A stretch of 64,000 bases of DNA from an uncultured Candidatus Saccharibacteria bacterium (GCA_964568775.1 CAZMQW010000002.1:4354-68353); one strand, 5' to 3'. Positions 46,997 to 55,475 are shown, counted from the stretch's first letter. Program-made: numbers and translations. Notes: generated by a model from the letters alone, not told the origin.

Positions 46997-49900
46997 TTAA
47001 AGTTTTTTAATTGCTAACCAGATTGTTTTTTGGTCGACCTTTAGTTCGCGCTCAACGTCAAACACTTGTTTTGGCTTGTCGCCGGCCATCAAGTCTTTGA
47101 CTTTGGCTTCTTTAAGGATAAATTTCTTATTTCTAATTAAAATCTTGTTCAATTCGTCATCACCAGAATATCTGACCAAAATCTTGTCTTTTGGTTTGAG
47201 GCCGGCCTTTTTTCTCATCTCTTGGATTTGGCGGATAACCTCTCTGACCATTCCCTCCTCTCTCAACTCAGGCGTGATCTTGGTTTCCAGTTTAAAGCTT
47301 TTGCCGAACGTAATCTTTTTAACGTTGATTTCCTCTTTAACCAGTCCAACCAACTCTCGGTCAAGTTTTTCCCTGATTTGTAAACACGGCAGCGGCTGAC
47401 GGACTTTGATGCCGGCTTTGGCCCGGGCTGCTAGAGCTGTTGTTACTATATCCCTCGCTTTTTCCATTCTCCGGTTTAACAATTGACTGATTAATCTTTT
47501 GTCTGCTTTCGGCCAATCTGCCAGATGACAGCTTGGTTTTTTGGTTAAGTCCTGGAAAATCCTTTCGCTTAAAAACGGTACAAATGGTGCGGTCAGCTTG
47601 CTTAAGGTTGATAAAACATGACTCAAAGTGCCCGAAGCCTCCCATAGCTCTTTTGTTGTTTTGGGCTTCTGGAACCTGCGGCGGGCTCTTCTAATGTACC
47701 ACAAAGAAAGATCGTTAATAACAAAACCTTCAATTGCCCGGGCCGCGCCGGTCACGTCGTATTTGTCTAGTTTGTTGGCAACTATCTGAATCAGTTCATT
47801 TAATTTAGAAACAACCCATTTGTCCAGAATGTGCTGGGATTTAAAGGTTGCTTTCTTTTGGCCGTAAGTTTCAAAAAACAAATAGCTGTTCCAATAAGTC
47901 AGAATGAATTTCTTTAGGGCTTCGGCCAAATCTTTCTCGGCAAAAAGCTTAACGTCGCCGGGCTGGTTAACAGTGTAAAAATACCAGCGGGCGGTGTCTG
48001 CCCCGTATTTTTCAACAATATACCAAGGGTCAAACACGTTGCCCTTTGACTTGGACATTTTTTCTCCTTTTTCGTCCAAAACATGGCCCAGGGAAATGAC
48101 GTTCTTGTAAGGAGTGCCACGGCCCAGCAGAGTTGATACAGCCAGCAGGGTATAAAACCAGCCTCTGGTCTGGTCAATCGCTTCGGAAATATAGTCGGCC
48201 GGAAACTGAATATTCTTTTCAAAAGGATAATGATCTTGGGCAAAGGGCATGGCCCCCGAGTCAAACCAGCAGTCAATAACTTCGGGCACTCTTTTCATCG
48301 AACCAGAACATTTAGGACATTTGAACTTCACTTGATCAATGTAGGGCCGGTGAAAATCTAGTTCCATGTTTTCGTTATACGGTAAAATTTTAAGCTCTAG
48401 CTTTCTTGGTTCTCCTGTTTTTATTTCTTTATCTCTAGTAATAATTTCAACGAATTTTTCCGTACTATACCCATTAGTTAGCTTCTCTAGTAAGGTAATC
48501 GGCCGCTTATGGCTGATAATCAAAATATTCTTACCCTGATATTTTCTATCTATTTCTCTGACAAAATCATACATTCTTTTTTGTATCTCAATATAATTTT
48601 CTCCTTTGGGTGGCGCTATTTGAAATCTTATTGAATAATGTTCTAAAGGAGTCAACTTTTTTCCTTTATTCCAAAATTTACCAATATCTTTTAATGGTTT
48701 TTCGTTAAAAATACCGACACCGATATCTCTAAGCCGTCTATCGAGTTTTAATTTCAATCCTAGTTCCTTCCTAATGATTTCTGCGGTTTGTTTTGTTCTT
48801 AGAAGATCTGAAGAAAAAATCAAATCAATTTTTTCTTTTCTTAGTTTTTGGGCTGCTCGTTTAATTTGTAATTCGCCTTTTTTTGTTAAAGGCGAATGGA
48901 TCTTTTCTGGCCAACAACTAGAAAGTTTCTTTATATTAATTAAAGACTCTCCGTGTCTCAAGAAGAAATATTTATTACCGGTAAATTTCTGAGAAAGTAA
49001 ATCCTGCTTACCACCGATAACTTCCCGATGATCGCATTTCTGGCACTGCCAGATAGGCAAAGGCGTACCCCAATACCGTTCGCGGGAGAAAGCCCAGTCT
49101 TTCAATTTTTTCAGCCATTCGCCGAACCTGCCTTCCTTTAAATGAGCCGGCACCCAGTTAATTTTTTGGTTATTGGCAATCAGCTGTTTTTTAACTTTCT
49201 GCATGTTGATAAACCAGCTCTCTTTGGCGTAATAGAGCAGAGGCGAATGACAGCGCCAGCAAAAAGGATAATCGTGGGCGTAAAGCTCTTCCTTGTAAAG
49301 CAAACCTCTTTTTCCCAAGTCAGCTATAATTAAAGGGTCAACGTCTTTAACCCATTTGCCGGCCCAGTTTTTAACCTCTTTTTTGAATCTGCCTGTTTCG
49401 TCAACATTTAATAAGACCGGCAAGTTGTTCTTTTTTGCCACCTGCATATCGTCTTCGCCAAAAGCCGGCGCCAGATGAACTAAACCGGTTCCCTCTTCCA
49501 AGGAAACGAAGTCGCCACCCACGACAAACCAGGCTTTTTTATCCGGTTTGGCGAATTTGAACAACGGTTCATATTTTAAGCCTAACAACTTACTTCCTTT
49601 GAACTGTTCAATGATTTTGCATCCTTCGCCCAAAACAGCCAGCCTTTCTTTGGCTAGAATCAACATTTCTGCGCCGACTTTGACTTTAACGTAAGTGAAT
49701 TTGGGATTGACGGCCACAGCCACGTTACCCGGCAAAGTCCAGGGCGTGGTCGTCCAAACCAACAGATAAGTATTGGGTTTTATCTTGAATTTAACATAGA
49801 CCGAAGTCTCTTTAATATTTTCGTATCCCAAGGCAACCTCGTGCGAAGACAGAGAAGTGCCACACCTAGGACAATAAGGCACCACTTTGTAATCTTGATA

Positions 49901-50398
49901 TAAAAGCCCTTTTTGGTGGAGCTGTTTGATAATCCACCATAAAGTCTCTATGTAGTCGTTATTATAGGTAATGTAAGGATGCTCCATATCCAGCCAAAAA
50001 CCGATCCTTTCGGTCAGTTTCTCCCAGTCCTGCTTGTAAAGCCAGACTGATTCTTTGCATTTTTTATTGAATGCAGCTATGCCGTATTTTTCAATGTCTT
50101 TTTTGCTCTTGAGCCCCAGTTTTTTCTCAATTTCCAACTCCACTGGTAAGCCGTGAGTGTCCCAGCCGGCTTTTCTCAGCACCCTGAAACCCTGCATGGT
50201 TTTGTAGCGGCAGACAATATCCTTGAAAACCCTGGCCAGAATGTGATGGATGCCGGCTTTGGCATTGGCGGTCGGGGGTCCCTCGTAAAACACAAAATTG
50301 CGAGCTTTGGCCCGTTGTTTTATGCTCTTCTTAAAAATTCCAGCGTCTTTCCAATATTTTAATATCTTCTCTTCTAGTTTCGGAAAATTAACTTCCAT
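46997..50398 (-). CDS. ileS: isoleucyl-tRNA synthetase carrying an inserted histidine-phosphatase-like domain
   Basis: 1133 aa with HIGH-region, CP1 editing domain, WAFSRERYWGTPLPIW, a KMSKS-like motif (KMSKSKGN) and anticodon-binding domain. An extra ~200 aa between residues about 470 and 680 is not found in canonical bacterial IleS. Confidence 0.95.
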   Translation of the reverse strand: MEVNFPKLEEKILKYWKDAGIFKKSIKQRAKARNFVFYEGPPTANAKAGIHHILARVFKDIVCRYKTMQGFRVLRKAGWDTHGLPVELEIEKKLGLKSKKDIEKYGIAAFNKKCKESVWLYKQDWEKLTERIGFWLDMEHPYITYNNDYIETLWWIIKQLHQKGLLYQDYKVVPYCPRCGTSLSSHEVALGYENIKETSVYVKFKIKPNTYLLVWTTTPWTLPGNVAVAVNPKFTYVKVKVGAEMLILAKERLAVLGEGCKIIEQFKGSKLLGLKYEPLFKFAKPDKKAWFVVGGDFVSLEEGTGLVHLAPAFGEDDMQVAKKNNLPVLLNVDETGRFKKEVKNWAGKWVKDVDPLIIADLGKRGLLYKEELYAHDYPFCWRCHSPLLYYAKESWFINMQKVKKQLIANNQKINWVPAHLKEGRFGEWLKKLKDWAFSRERYWGTPLPIWQCQKCDHREVIGGKQDLLSQKFTGNKYFFLRHGESLINIKKLSSCWPEKIHSPLTKKGELQIKRAAQKLRKEKIDLIFSSDLLRTKQTAEIIRKELGLKLKLDRRLRDIGVGIFNEKPLKDIGKFWNKGKKLTPLEHYSIRFQIAPPKGENYIEIQKRMYDFVREIDRKYQGKNILIISHKRPITLLEKLTNGYSTEKFVEIITRDKEIKTGEPRKLELKILPYNENMELDFHRPYIDQVKFKCPKCSGSMKRVPEVIDCWFDSGAMPFAQDHYPFEKNIQFPADYISEAIDQTRGWFYTLLAVSTLLGRGTPYKNVISLGHVLDEKGEKMSKSKGNVFDPWYIVEKYGADTARWYFYTVNQPGDVKLFAEKDLAEALKKFILTYWNSYLFFETYGQKKATFKSQHILDKWVVSKLNELIQIVANKLDKYDVTGAARAIEGFVINDLSLWYIRRARRRFQKPKTTKELWEASGTLSHVLSTLSKLTAPFVPFLSERIFQDLTKKPSCHLADWPKADKRLISQLLNRRMEKARDIVTTALAARAKAGIKVRQPLPCLQIREKLDRELVGLVKEEINVKKITFGKSFKLETKITPELREEGMVREVIRQIQEMRKKAGLKPKDKILVRYSGDDELNKILIRNKKFILKEAKVKDLMAGDKPKQVFDVERELKVDQKTIWLAIKKL
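48390..48975 (-). other. histidine phosphatase (PGAM-like, branch 1) domain inserted in-frame within ileS
   Basis: IleS residues about 476-670 contain LRHGESLIN (RHG catalytic His), LTKKGELQIKRAAQKL, SSDLLRTKQTAEII (SxLxRAxxTA) and ILIISHKRPI (second catalytic His). Both flanks are IleS catalytic-core motifs. Confidence 0.7.
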
Positions 50399-50401
50399 AA
50401 A

Positions 50402-51925
50402 TTACATTTTTTCCGGGGCAGAAATACCCATTAAAGATAAAGTGTTTTTCAAAACGGTTTTAGTGGCTAAAACTAAAGCTAGTCGGGCTTGGGTCAAATT
50501 TTTATCTTCGGAAATAACCCGGCAGTCACGATAAAACTGGTGGAAAGCTGTAGCTAAATCCGCAGCGTATTGGGGCAAGCGCTGCACCTGGTAATCGCTA
50601 GCAATATCTTCAACAATCTCTGGAAACCTGACTAATTGCTTAATGAGTTTTAGTTCGCTTGAATGTTTTAACAGATTCAACTGAGACTTGTTCTCTTTTA
50701 CTTTGGCTTTACGTAAAATACTACAAATGCGGGCATGGGCGTATTGGACATAATAGACCGGATTCTTTTCTGACTGAGTTTTGGCCAAATCCAAGTCAAA
50801 CTCCATGTGGGTGTCCGAAGACTTCATTAAATAAAGGAACTTCACCGCATCCAGGCCTGCCTCATCCACCAGCCACTCCAGGGTTACCACCTTGCCTGCT
50901 CTCTTGGACATTTTTTCTCCTTTCAGTCTGACGACCTGGGTTATTAAAATTACAAGTTCTCCCTGATAGCCCAAGATTTTGGCCACGGCTTTTATTTTGC
51001 TGACATGGCCCTGGTGATCAGCTCCCCATATGTTGATGATTTTGTCATATTTCTTATCAAACCTGTCTTTATGGTAGGCAATGTCAGGAAGTAAATAAGT
51101 AAAAGCGCCGGTTTCCCTGACCACTACCCAATCTTTAACGTCCCCATACTTGGATGTTTTCAGCCATTGGGCATTGTCTTTTTCGTAAACCAAGCCTTTC
51201 TTTTTCAAAAAACTATATATCTTATCTATTTTGCCAGTTTGATATAAATCCTTTTCTTCTGAAATCCAGAAATCAAACTTAATATTCAGTTTCTTTTCAA
51301 TGAAGTTCTTAATGTCTTTCTGTACTTCTTTAGCTAATAATACGCCGGCCTCTCTTTCATTTTTACATTTGTTGAATTTCAATCCCTTGATCTTTCCCTC
51401 CAGATATTCATTTAAGTAAATCCTCCCCTTACCTAAAGCGGTCTCGCCCAAGGCTCTAATCTGGGAACTGTTTTTGGCGTCATTAGCGTAATGCTGGCGG
51501 GAAACGTCAAACCCGGCTTTTTCAAAAACATTAGCCAGAGTTTGGCCGAAAAAAGCTCCTCTTCCGTGGCCGATATGCAGCTGGCCGGTGGGATTGGCGC
51601 AGATGAATTCAATATTTATCTTTTTTCCTCGGCCGATATTAAGCTGGCCGAACTTTTCTTTCTTTTTCAAGATTTCTCCAACTTGTTTCTGTAAGTATTC
51701 TTTGGAAAGGAAAAAATTAATAAAACCGGACCCGGCTATCTCAACTTTCTCAAATAAATCAGACTTAAGGTTTTTGACTATCTCAGCGGCCGGCTTTTTA
51801 ATTTGCAGGGCGATATTGGTTGAATAGTCGCCGTAATTTGCTTTTTCATGACTCTCCAGCCGAATTTCGGCCGGAGATTGTCCGGTCGCTTTTTGAATTA
51901 GTTTAAGGATTTCCTGCCTCAGCAT
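50402..51925 (-). CDS. argS: arginyl-tRNA synthetase
   Basis: 507 aa. HIGH motif ANPTGQLHIGHGRGA, KMSKR-like motif and the N-terminal add-1 domain. Confidence 0.9.
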   Translation of the reverse strand: MLRQEILKLIQKATGQSPAEIRLESHEKANYGDYSTNIALQIKKPAAEIVKNLKSDLFEKVEIAGSGFINFFLSKEYLQKQVGEILKKKEKFGQLNIGRGKKINIEFICANPTGQLHIGHGRGAFFGQTLANVFEKAGFDVSRQHYANDAKNSSQIRALGETALGKGRIYLNEYLEGKIKGLKFNKCKNEREAGVLLAKEVQKDIKNFIEKKLNIKFDFWISEEKDLYQTGKIDKIYSFLKKKGLVYEKDNAQWLKTSKYGDVKDWVVVRETGAFTYLLPDIAYHKDRFDKKYDKIINIWGADHQGHVSKIKAVAKILGYQGELVILITQVVRLKGEKMSKRAGKVVTLEWLVDEAGLDAVKFLYLMKSSDTHMEFDLDLAKTQSEKNPVYYVQYAHARICSILRKAKVKENKSQLNLLKHSSELKLIKQLVRFPEIVEDIASDYQVQRLPQYAADLATAFHQFYRDCRVISEDKNLTQARLALVLATKTVLKNTLSLMGISAPEKM

Positions 51926-51954
51926 GCTTTTAGTTTATCTTATTTTAGCTTAAA

Positions 51955-52413
51955 ATGAAAGTGATGAAAATATTATCAGAAAACAAAAAAGCCCGCTTCG
52001 CCTATGAAATTATCGAGAAGTTTGAGGCCGGCTTGGTCTTGACCGGCCAGGAAGTCAAATCAATCAAATCGGGCAGAATTAACTTGGCCGGCGCTTACGT
52101 TGTTTTAAGGGGTGGTGAAGCTTTTTTAATCAATGCCAATGTGCCCCCTTACCAGCCAAAAAACCTGCAAACTCCCTACGAGCCGGTGCGGCCGAGAAAG
52201 CTCCTGCTGAAAAAGTCGGAAATCAAGTATCTTATCGGCAAAGCCGAACAGAAACACTTGACTTTGGTCCCGCTGAGGGTGTATACTAAGAAAGGTAAAA
52301 TAAAATTAGAGTTCGGCGTAGGCCGAGGACGGCAGAAGGCCGATAAAAAAGAACTGATCAAAAAGAGAGAAACCGCCAGGGAAATTGAGAGAGAATTGAA
52401 AACACGGGGATGA
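51955..52413 (+). CDS. smpB: SsrA-binding protein
   Basis: 152 aa with ILSENKKARFAYEIIEKFEAGLVLTGQEVKSIK and a C-terminal basic tail. Confidence 0.95.
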   Translation: MKVMKILSENKKARFAYEIIEKFEAGLVLTGQEVKSIKSGRINLAGAYVVLRGGEAFLINANVPPYQPKNLQTPYEPVRPRKLLLKKSEIKYLIGKAEQKHLTLVPLRVYTKKGKIKLEFGVGRGRQKADKKELIKKRETAREIERELKTRG

Positions 52414-52719
52414 CAAGTTTCGATGAGAAGTGGACTAAAATAGGCAAGCAAACCAAGAATAACTGCCAAGTTATTCAAACAACCCGCATTAGCTTACGCT
52501 TAATGCCATCTGACTTGTTGATTCTCGCTAGGCAAAATCAGGTGTTATATTCAGCGAGATAGGCAGTCCTTCTGATCTAAGAGAACTGTCGAAACAATAA
52601 CGGATCAAAGGTATAGATATTTTGTCCGGTTTCAATTCTATATCTTACTAAAACTGGACTAAGCTTGTAGAATATTTTAGGAAAACTTTTCAGACGTGGG
52701 TTCGCCCCCACCATCTCCA
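52406..52719 (+). ncRNA. ssrA: transfer-messenger RNA (tmRNA, ssrA), standard one-piece form
   Basis: 5' end GGGGATGACAAGTTTCGATGAGAAG follows the tmRNA consensus (GGGGnnGnnnnGnTTCGAnnnnnG). 3' end has T-arm GTGGG-TTCGCC-CCCAC then acceptor CATCTCC + A, pairing with 5' GGGGATG and giving a G3.U70 Ala identity pair. Internal tag ORF starts after UAG at resume GCA (52444), reads ASKPRITAKLFKQPALAYA, stops at TAA 52501. Directly downstream of smpB, overlapping its stop codon. Confidence 0.7.
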
Positions 52720-52722
52720 CAT

Positions 52723-53232
52723 TTGAAAAAACCATTAATCAACAGACAAATAAGAGACAGGGAAGTCAGAGTGGTTGACGAAACCGGGAAGCAACTGGGA
52801 GTTATGGGTTTGGAAAAAGCGCTCCAAGAGGCTGAGGAGCGCCGTTTAGATTTAATCCAGGTTACCGAAAAAGTTACCCCGCCGGTCTGCAAGATAATGG
52901 ATTACGGTAAATATCTGTACCAGGAGAAAAAGAAAGAAAAACAGGCGACCAAAAAGCAGAAATCCGGCGAGTTGAAAGGAATCAGACTGGGCTTCAATAT
53001 CTCCCAGCACGATATGGAAACCAGAGCCAAGCAGGCCGAAAAATTTCTGAAAGAGGGCGACAAGGTCAGGCTGGAAATGATTCTGCGGGGCCGGGAAAAA
53101 GCCTTGGGCAATTTCGCCCGAGAGAAAATAAATAAATTTCTTGAGGTTCTCCAACCTCTTATTCCCTACAAGGTGGAAAGGGAGCTAAAAAGAGAACCAA
53201 GGGGATTTAGCATGATAATCGCCAAACAATGA
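52723..53232 (+). CDS. infC: translation initiation factor IF-3 (non-AUG start, exact start uncertain)
   Basis: PLINRQIRDREVRVVDETGKQLGV...PPVCKIMDYGKYLYQ matches IF-3 N- and C-domains. The supplied ORF begins at a GTG (52696) inside the tmRNA acceptor. Candidate starts are TTG 52723 or ATC 52738, and infC classically uses an unusual start. Confidence 0.8.
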   Translation: MKKPLINRQIRDREVRVVDETGKQLGVMGLEKALQEAEERRLDLIQVTEKVTPPVCKIMDYGKYLYQEKKKEKQATKKQKSGELKGIRLGFNISQHDMETRAKQAEKFLKEGDKVRLEMILRGREKALGNFAREKINKFLEVLQPLIPYKVERELKREPRGFSMIIAKQ

Positions 53233-53414
53233 AAACACGCAAATCAATCGCCAAACGTTTCAAAATTACCCGCAGCGGCAAGATTTTAAGAAGGATGACC
53301 GGCCAGGACCACAGCCGGGCCAAGAAGTCCGGCAAAAGACGGAGGGCCGGCCGAAAGTGGGTTGAAGTTTCCAAGTCTGAAACCAAGAAAATTAAAAGGT
53401 TGCTTTTAAGTTAG
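53229..53414 (+). CDS. rpmI: 50S ribosomal protein L35
   Basis: 61 aa MKTRKSIAKRFKITRSGKILRR..., L35 signature. ATGA overlap with infC. Confidence 0.85.
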   Translation: MKTRKSIAKRFKITRSGKILRRMTGQDHSRAKKSGKRRRAGRKWVEVSKSETKKIKRLLLS

Positions 53415-53415
53415 T

Positions 53416-53763
53416 ATGGTTAGAGTCAAACGAGGAAAAGCTGCCCGCAAGCACCGCAAGCATCTGTTAAAACATGCCAAGGGTTTTCGTTGGGGTAGGA
53501 AAAGAAAATACAAACTGGCCAAGGACGCCATGCGTCACGCCTGGCACTATGCTTATCGGGATAGGAGAACTAAAAAAAGAGATAAGAGACAACTCTGGCA
53601 GACCCAGATTAATGCCGCTTGCCGAGAACAGGGCATTTCTTACAGTCGTTTCATCGCCGCTTTGAAGAAAAACAAAATTGGACTCGACAGAAAGATTTTG
53701 GCTGGACTGGCTCAAAATCATCCTGATATTTTTAAAAAGATAACTGAGAAAGCTAAAAGTTAA
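53416..53763 (+). CDS. rplT: 50S ribosomal protein L20
   Basis: 115 aa MVRVKRGKAARKHRKHLLKHAKGF...YAYRDRR...INAACREQGISYSRFI, L20 signature. Conserved infC-rpmI-rplT order. Confidence 0.95.
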   Translation: MVRVKRGKAARKHRKHLLKHAKGFRWGRKRKYKLAKDAMRHAWHYAYRDRRTKKRDKRQLWQTQINAACREQGISYSRFIAALKKNKIGLDRKILAGLAQNHPDIFKKITEKAKS

Positions 53764-53785
53764 TTTTGAATACGTAAAATATAAA

Positions 53786-53814
53786 ACCACCTCAAAAGAG
53801 GTGGTCTTTTATTT
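53786..53814. terminator. bidirectional intrinsic terminator between convergent rplT and the purF-like gene
   Basis: ACCACCTC-AAAA-GAGGTGGT perfect 8-bp stem, followed by CTTTTATTT on the plus strand and preceded by AAAATATAAAA (T-tract on the minus strand). Confidence 0.6.
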
Positions 53815-55168
53815 ATTCAGTAGATGGTAAATCGCAATCAACGCAGAGTGTTTCGAGGGGTAAACCTATAGCCCCAGCCAATTCTTGAGTCGTCGGATGC
53901 TCCAAGCTTTCGATTCCTAGGAATTTAATCCTTTCTTGAGTTGAAGGAATCCGATAGGCTAAAAGTTCTCCTTTTTTGACCGTCTTCCCCCAAGGGCAGT
54001 AAGAAAGCGAATCTGGGTTAGAAATTCTGAAATGGATTTCTTTAATGCCCAACGATCTAAGTTTCGGCACTAGATTTTTTTCGGTTTGGGTGCCTCTTCT
54101 AATAGAGTCGTCGCATATTACCACTTTCTTGCCCGTATAATCTTCGCCGCTTTTCAACTGCTTGATATGAGCCTCTATATCTCTTGCTAATTGGGTCGGC
54201 TGGTCGTAACTCCGGCCGGAAAATCTGTATCTTATCAGAATCTCATCGTAAAGTGGTATCTTTTTTACTTTTTCTGCATCTCTCTGCCGGCAAAACTCCT
54301 GATGGTAGCCTATGGCGCAATGCCTGCCAGAATCTGGCACCGGAGCGACTATGTCCGGGGTGAAACCTTTTTTTATGTCGCGGCGCGCCAGAACGGCTCC
54401 TAATTTCTTGCGCACTACCGAAACGGGCACACCTTTGAATACTGCGTTGGGATAATTGGTGTAAACCCAAACGAAAGTGCAAACCTGAATCTTACCGTTC
54501 GGTATTTTATCCTGAAACTCCAGACGACCATTTTTAAGCAAAACAATTTCACCCGGTTCCAGGTCTCTTTTGAGACTGAAATCAAAGTTGCTGAAACCGC
54601 ACGGATCGGTAGCTACCGCTACAGCTCCTGTTTTTTCGCCGACGACTAACGGCCAGCGACCACTGGGATCGCAAATGACATAAACCCCATTGGGCGTCAG
54701 AATCGACAAAGAGTAAGCTCCATCAACCTCATTATTCATTCTTTTAACGCCGTCGATAAAGCCTTCTCCTTGGGATATCAGTTTGACGATCAGCTCAATG
54801 TCGACCCCTTCCCAAGCGAAAGAATGACCGAAAGTTTTAAACCTTTCCACTAAATCATCGTGGTTTATGATGTTGCCTGTAAAACAGGCGGCAAACTGAC
54901 CCAGCTTCGAATCCACCAGAATCGGTTCCCTGGTATCGCCACAATAACCAATCCCTTCTGTCCCATCCAAACCGTTCAAATCTTCACTAAAGGTAGTCCT
55001 GAAAAGCCCCCGATGCGTACGAATGTTAATTTTTCCGCCGTTATAGGTCGACAATCCAGCATATCCTTGGCCTAGGTGCTGCTGGTAAAATGTTTGCCAA
55101 AACAGTTCTTTTGAGAAATCACCTTTATATTTTCCGGGATCGACACTTAAAGCAAAAAATCCAGCCAT
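53813..55168 (-). CDS. amidophosphoribosyltransferase (PurF)-like protein lacking the N-terminal Cys nucleophile
   Basis: 451 aa. Ntn-glutaminase-like N-domain (HLGQGYAGL, GTEGIGYCGDTREPI, ACFTGNIINHDDL) but begins MAGFF instead of MCGI. C-terminal type-I PRTase motif VVICDDSIRRGTQT. Confidence 0.7.
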   Translation of the reverse strand: MAGFFALSVDPGKYKGDFSKELFWQTFYQQHLGQGYAGLSTYNGGKINIRTHRGLFRTTFSEDLNGLDGTEGIGYCGDTREPILVDSKLGQFAACFTGNIINHDDLVERFKTFGHSFAWEGVDIELIVKLISQGEGFIDGVKRMNNEVDGAYSLSILTPNGVYVICDPSGRWPLVVGEKTGAVAVATDPCGFSNFDFSLKRDLEPGEIVLLKNGRLEFQDKIPNGKIQVCTFVWVYTNYPNAVFKGVPVSVVRKKLGAVLARRDIKKGFTPDIVAPVPDSGRHCAIGYHQEFCRQRDAEKVKKIPLYDEILIRYRFSGRSYDQPTQLARDIEAHIKQLKSGEDYTGKKVVICDDSIRRGTQTEKNLVPKLRSLGIKEIHFRISNPDSLSYCPWGKTVKKGELLAYRIPSTQERIKFLGIESLEHPTTQELAGAIGLPLETLCVDCDLPSTE

Positions 55169-55199
55169 ATCGTTTTCTCCTTTCTATATTTTTATTTTG

Positions 55200-55475
55200 T
55201 TAAACAACTACAGTATCATTTTTTATTATCATACCTTCTTTCTTAAGTAAAGAGGTTTTTCTTTTTGGCCCGTATCTATAACCGCCAACCTTACCGTAAG
55301 ATTTTATCACTCTGTGGCAGGGAATTTTAACGTCTCGATTTTTATTTAGAATATTACCAACTGCCCGCCAGGCCTTGGGTTTACCCGCCAATCTAGCTAC
55401 TTGCTTATAACTTAAAACTTTCCCCCTAGGGATTTTCTTGACGGCTTCATGCACTTTTTTTTGAAAGATAGTCAT
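55200..55475 (-). CDS. methylated-DNA--protein-cysteine methyltransferase, single-domain (C-terminal DNA-binding/active-site domain only)
   Basis: 91 aa with HTH (SYKQVARLAGKPKAWRAVGN) and active-site PCHRV. Confidence 0.8.
   Translation of the reverse strand: MTIFQKKVHEAVKKIPRGKVLSYKQVARLAGKPKAWRAVGNILNKNRDVKIPCHRVIKSYGKVGGYRYGPKRKTSLLKKEGMIIKNDTVVV

Noticed and set aside
47914-48276. 120-aa minus-strand alternative-frame ORF within ileS (and similar small ORFs 47076..47399, 47361..47645, 48774..48992, 49142..49333)
   Set aside because: All lie inside the continuous, motif-rich IleS frame or antisense to it. None has a recognisable domain. The unusual region of ileS is explained by the in-frame phosphatase insertion, not by a separate gene.
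52696-52719. Reading the tmRNA T-arm/acceptor region as an independent tRNA on either strand
   Set aside because: There are no D-arm or anticodon arm in the expected positions upstream. The acceptor partner lies 300 nt away at the GGGG 5' end next to smpB, as expected for tmRNA.
52176-52892. Minus-strand ORFs 52176..52478 and 52677..52892 from the ORF track
   Set aside because: They overlap smpB, the tmRNA and infC on the opposite strand, and have no recognisable motifs. I judge them shadow ORFs.
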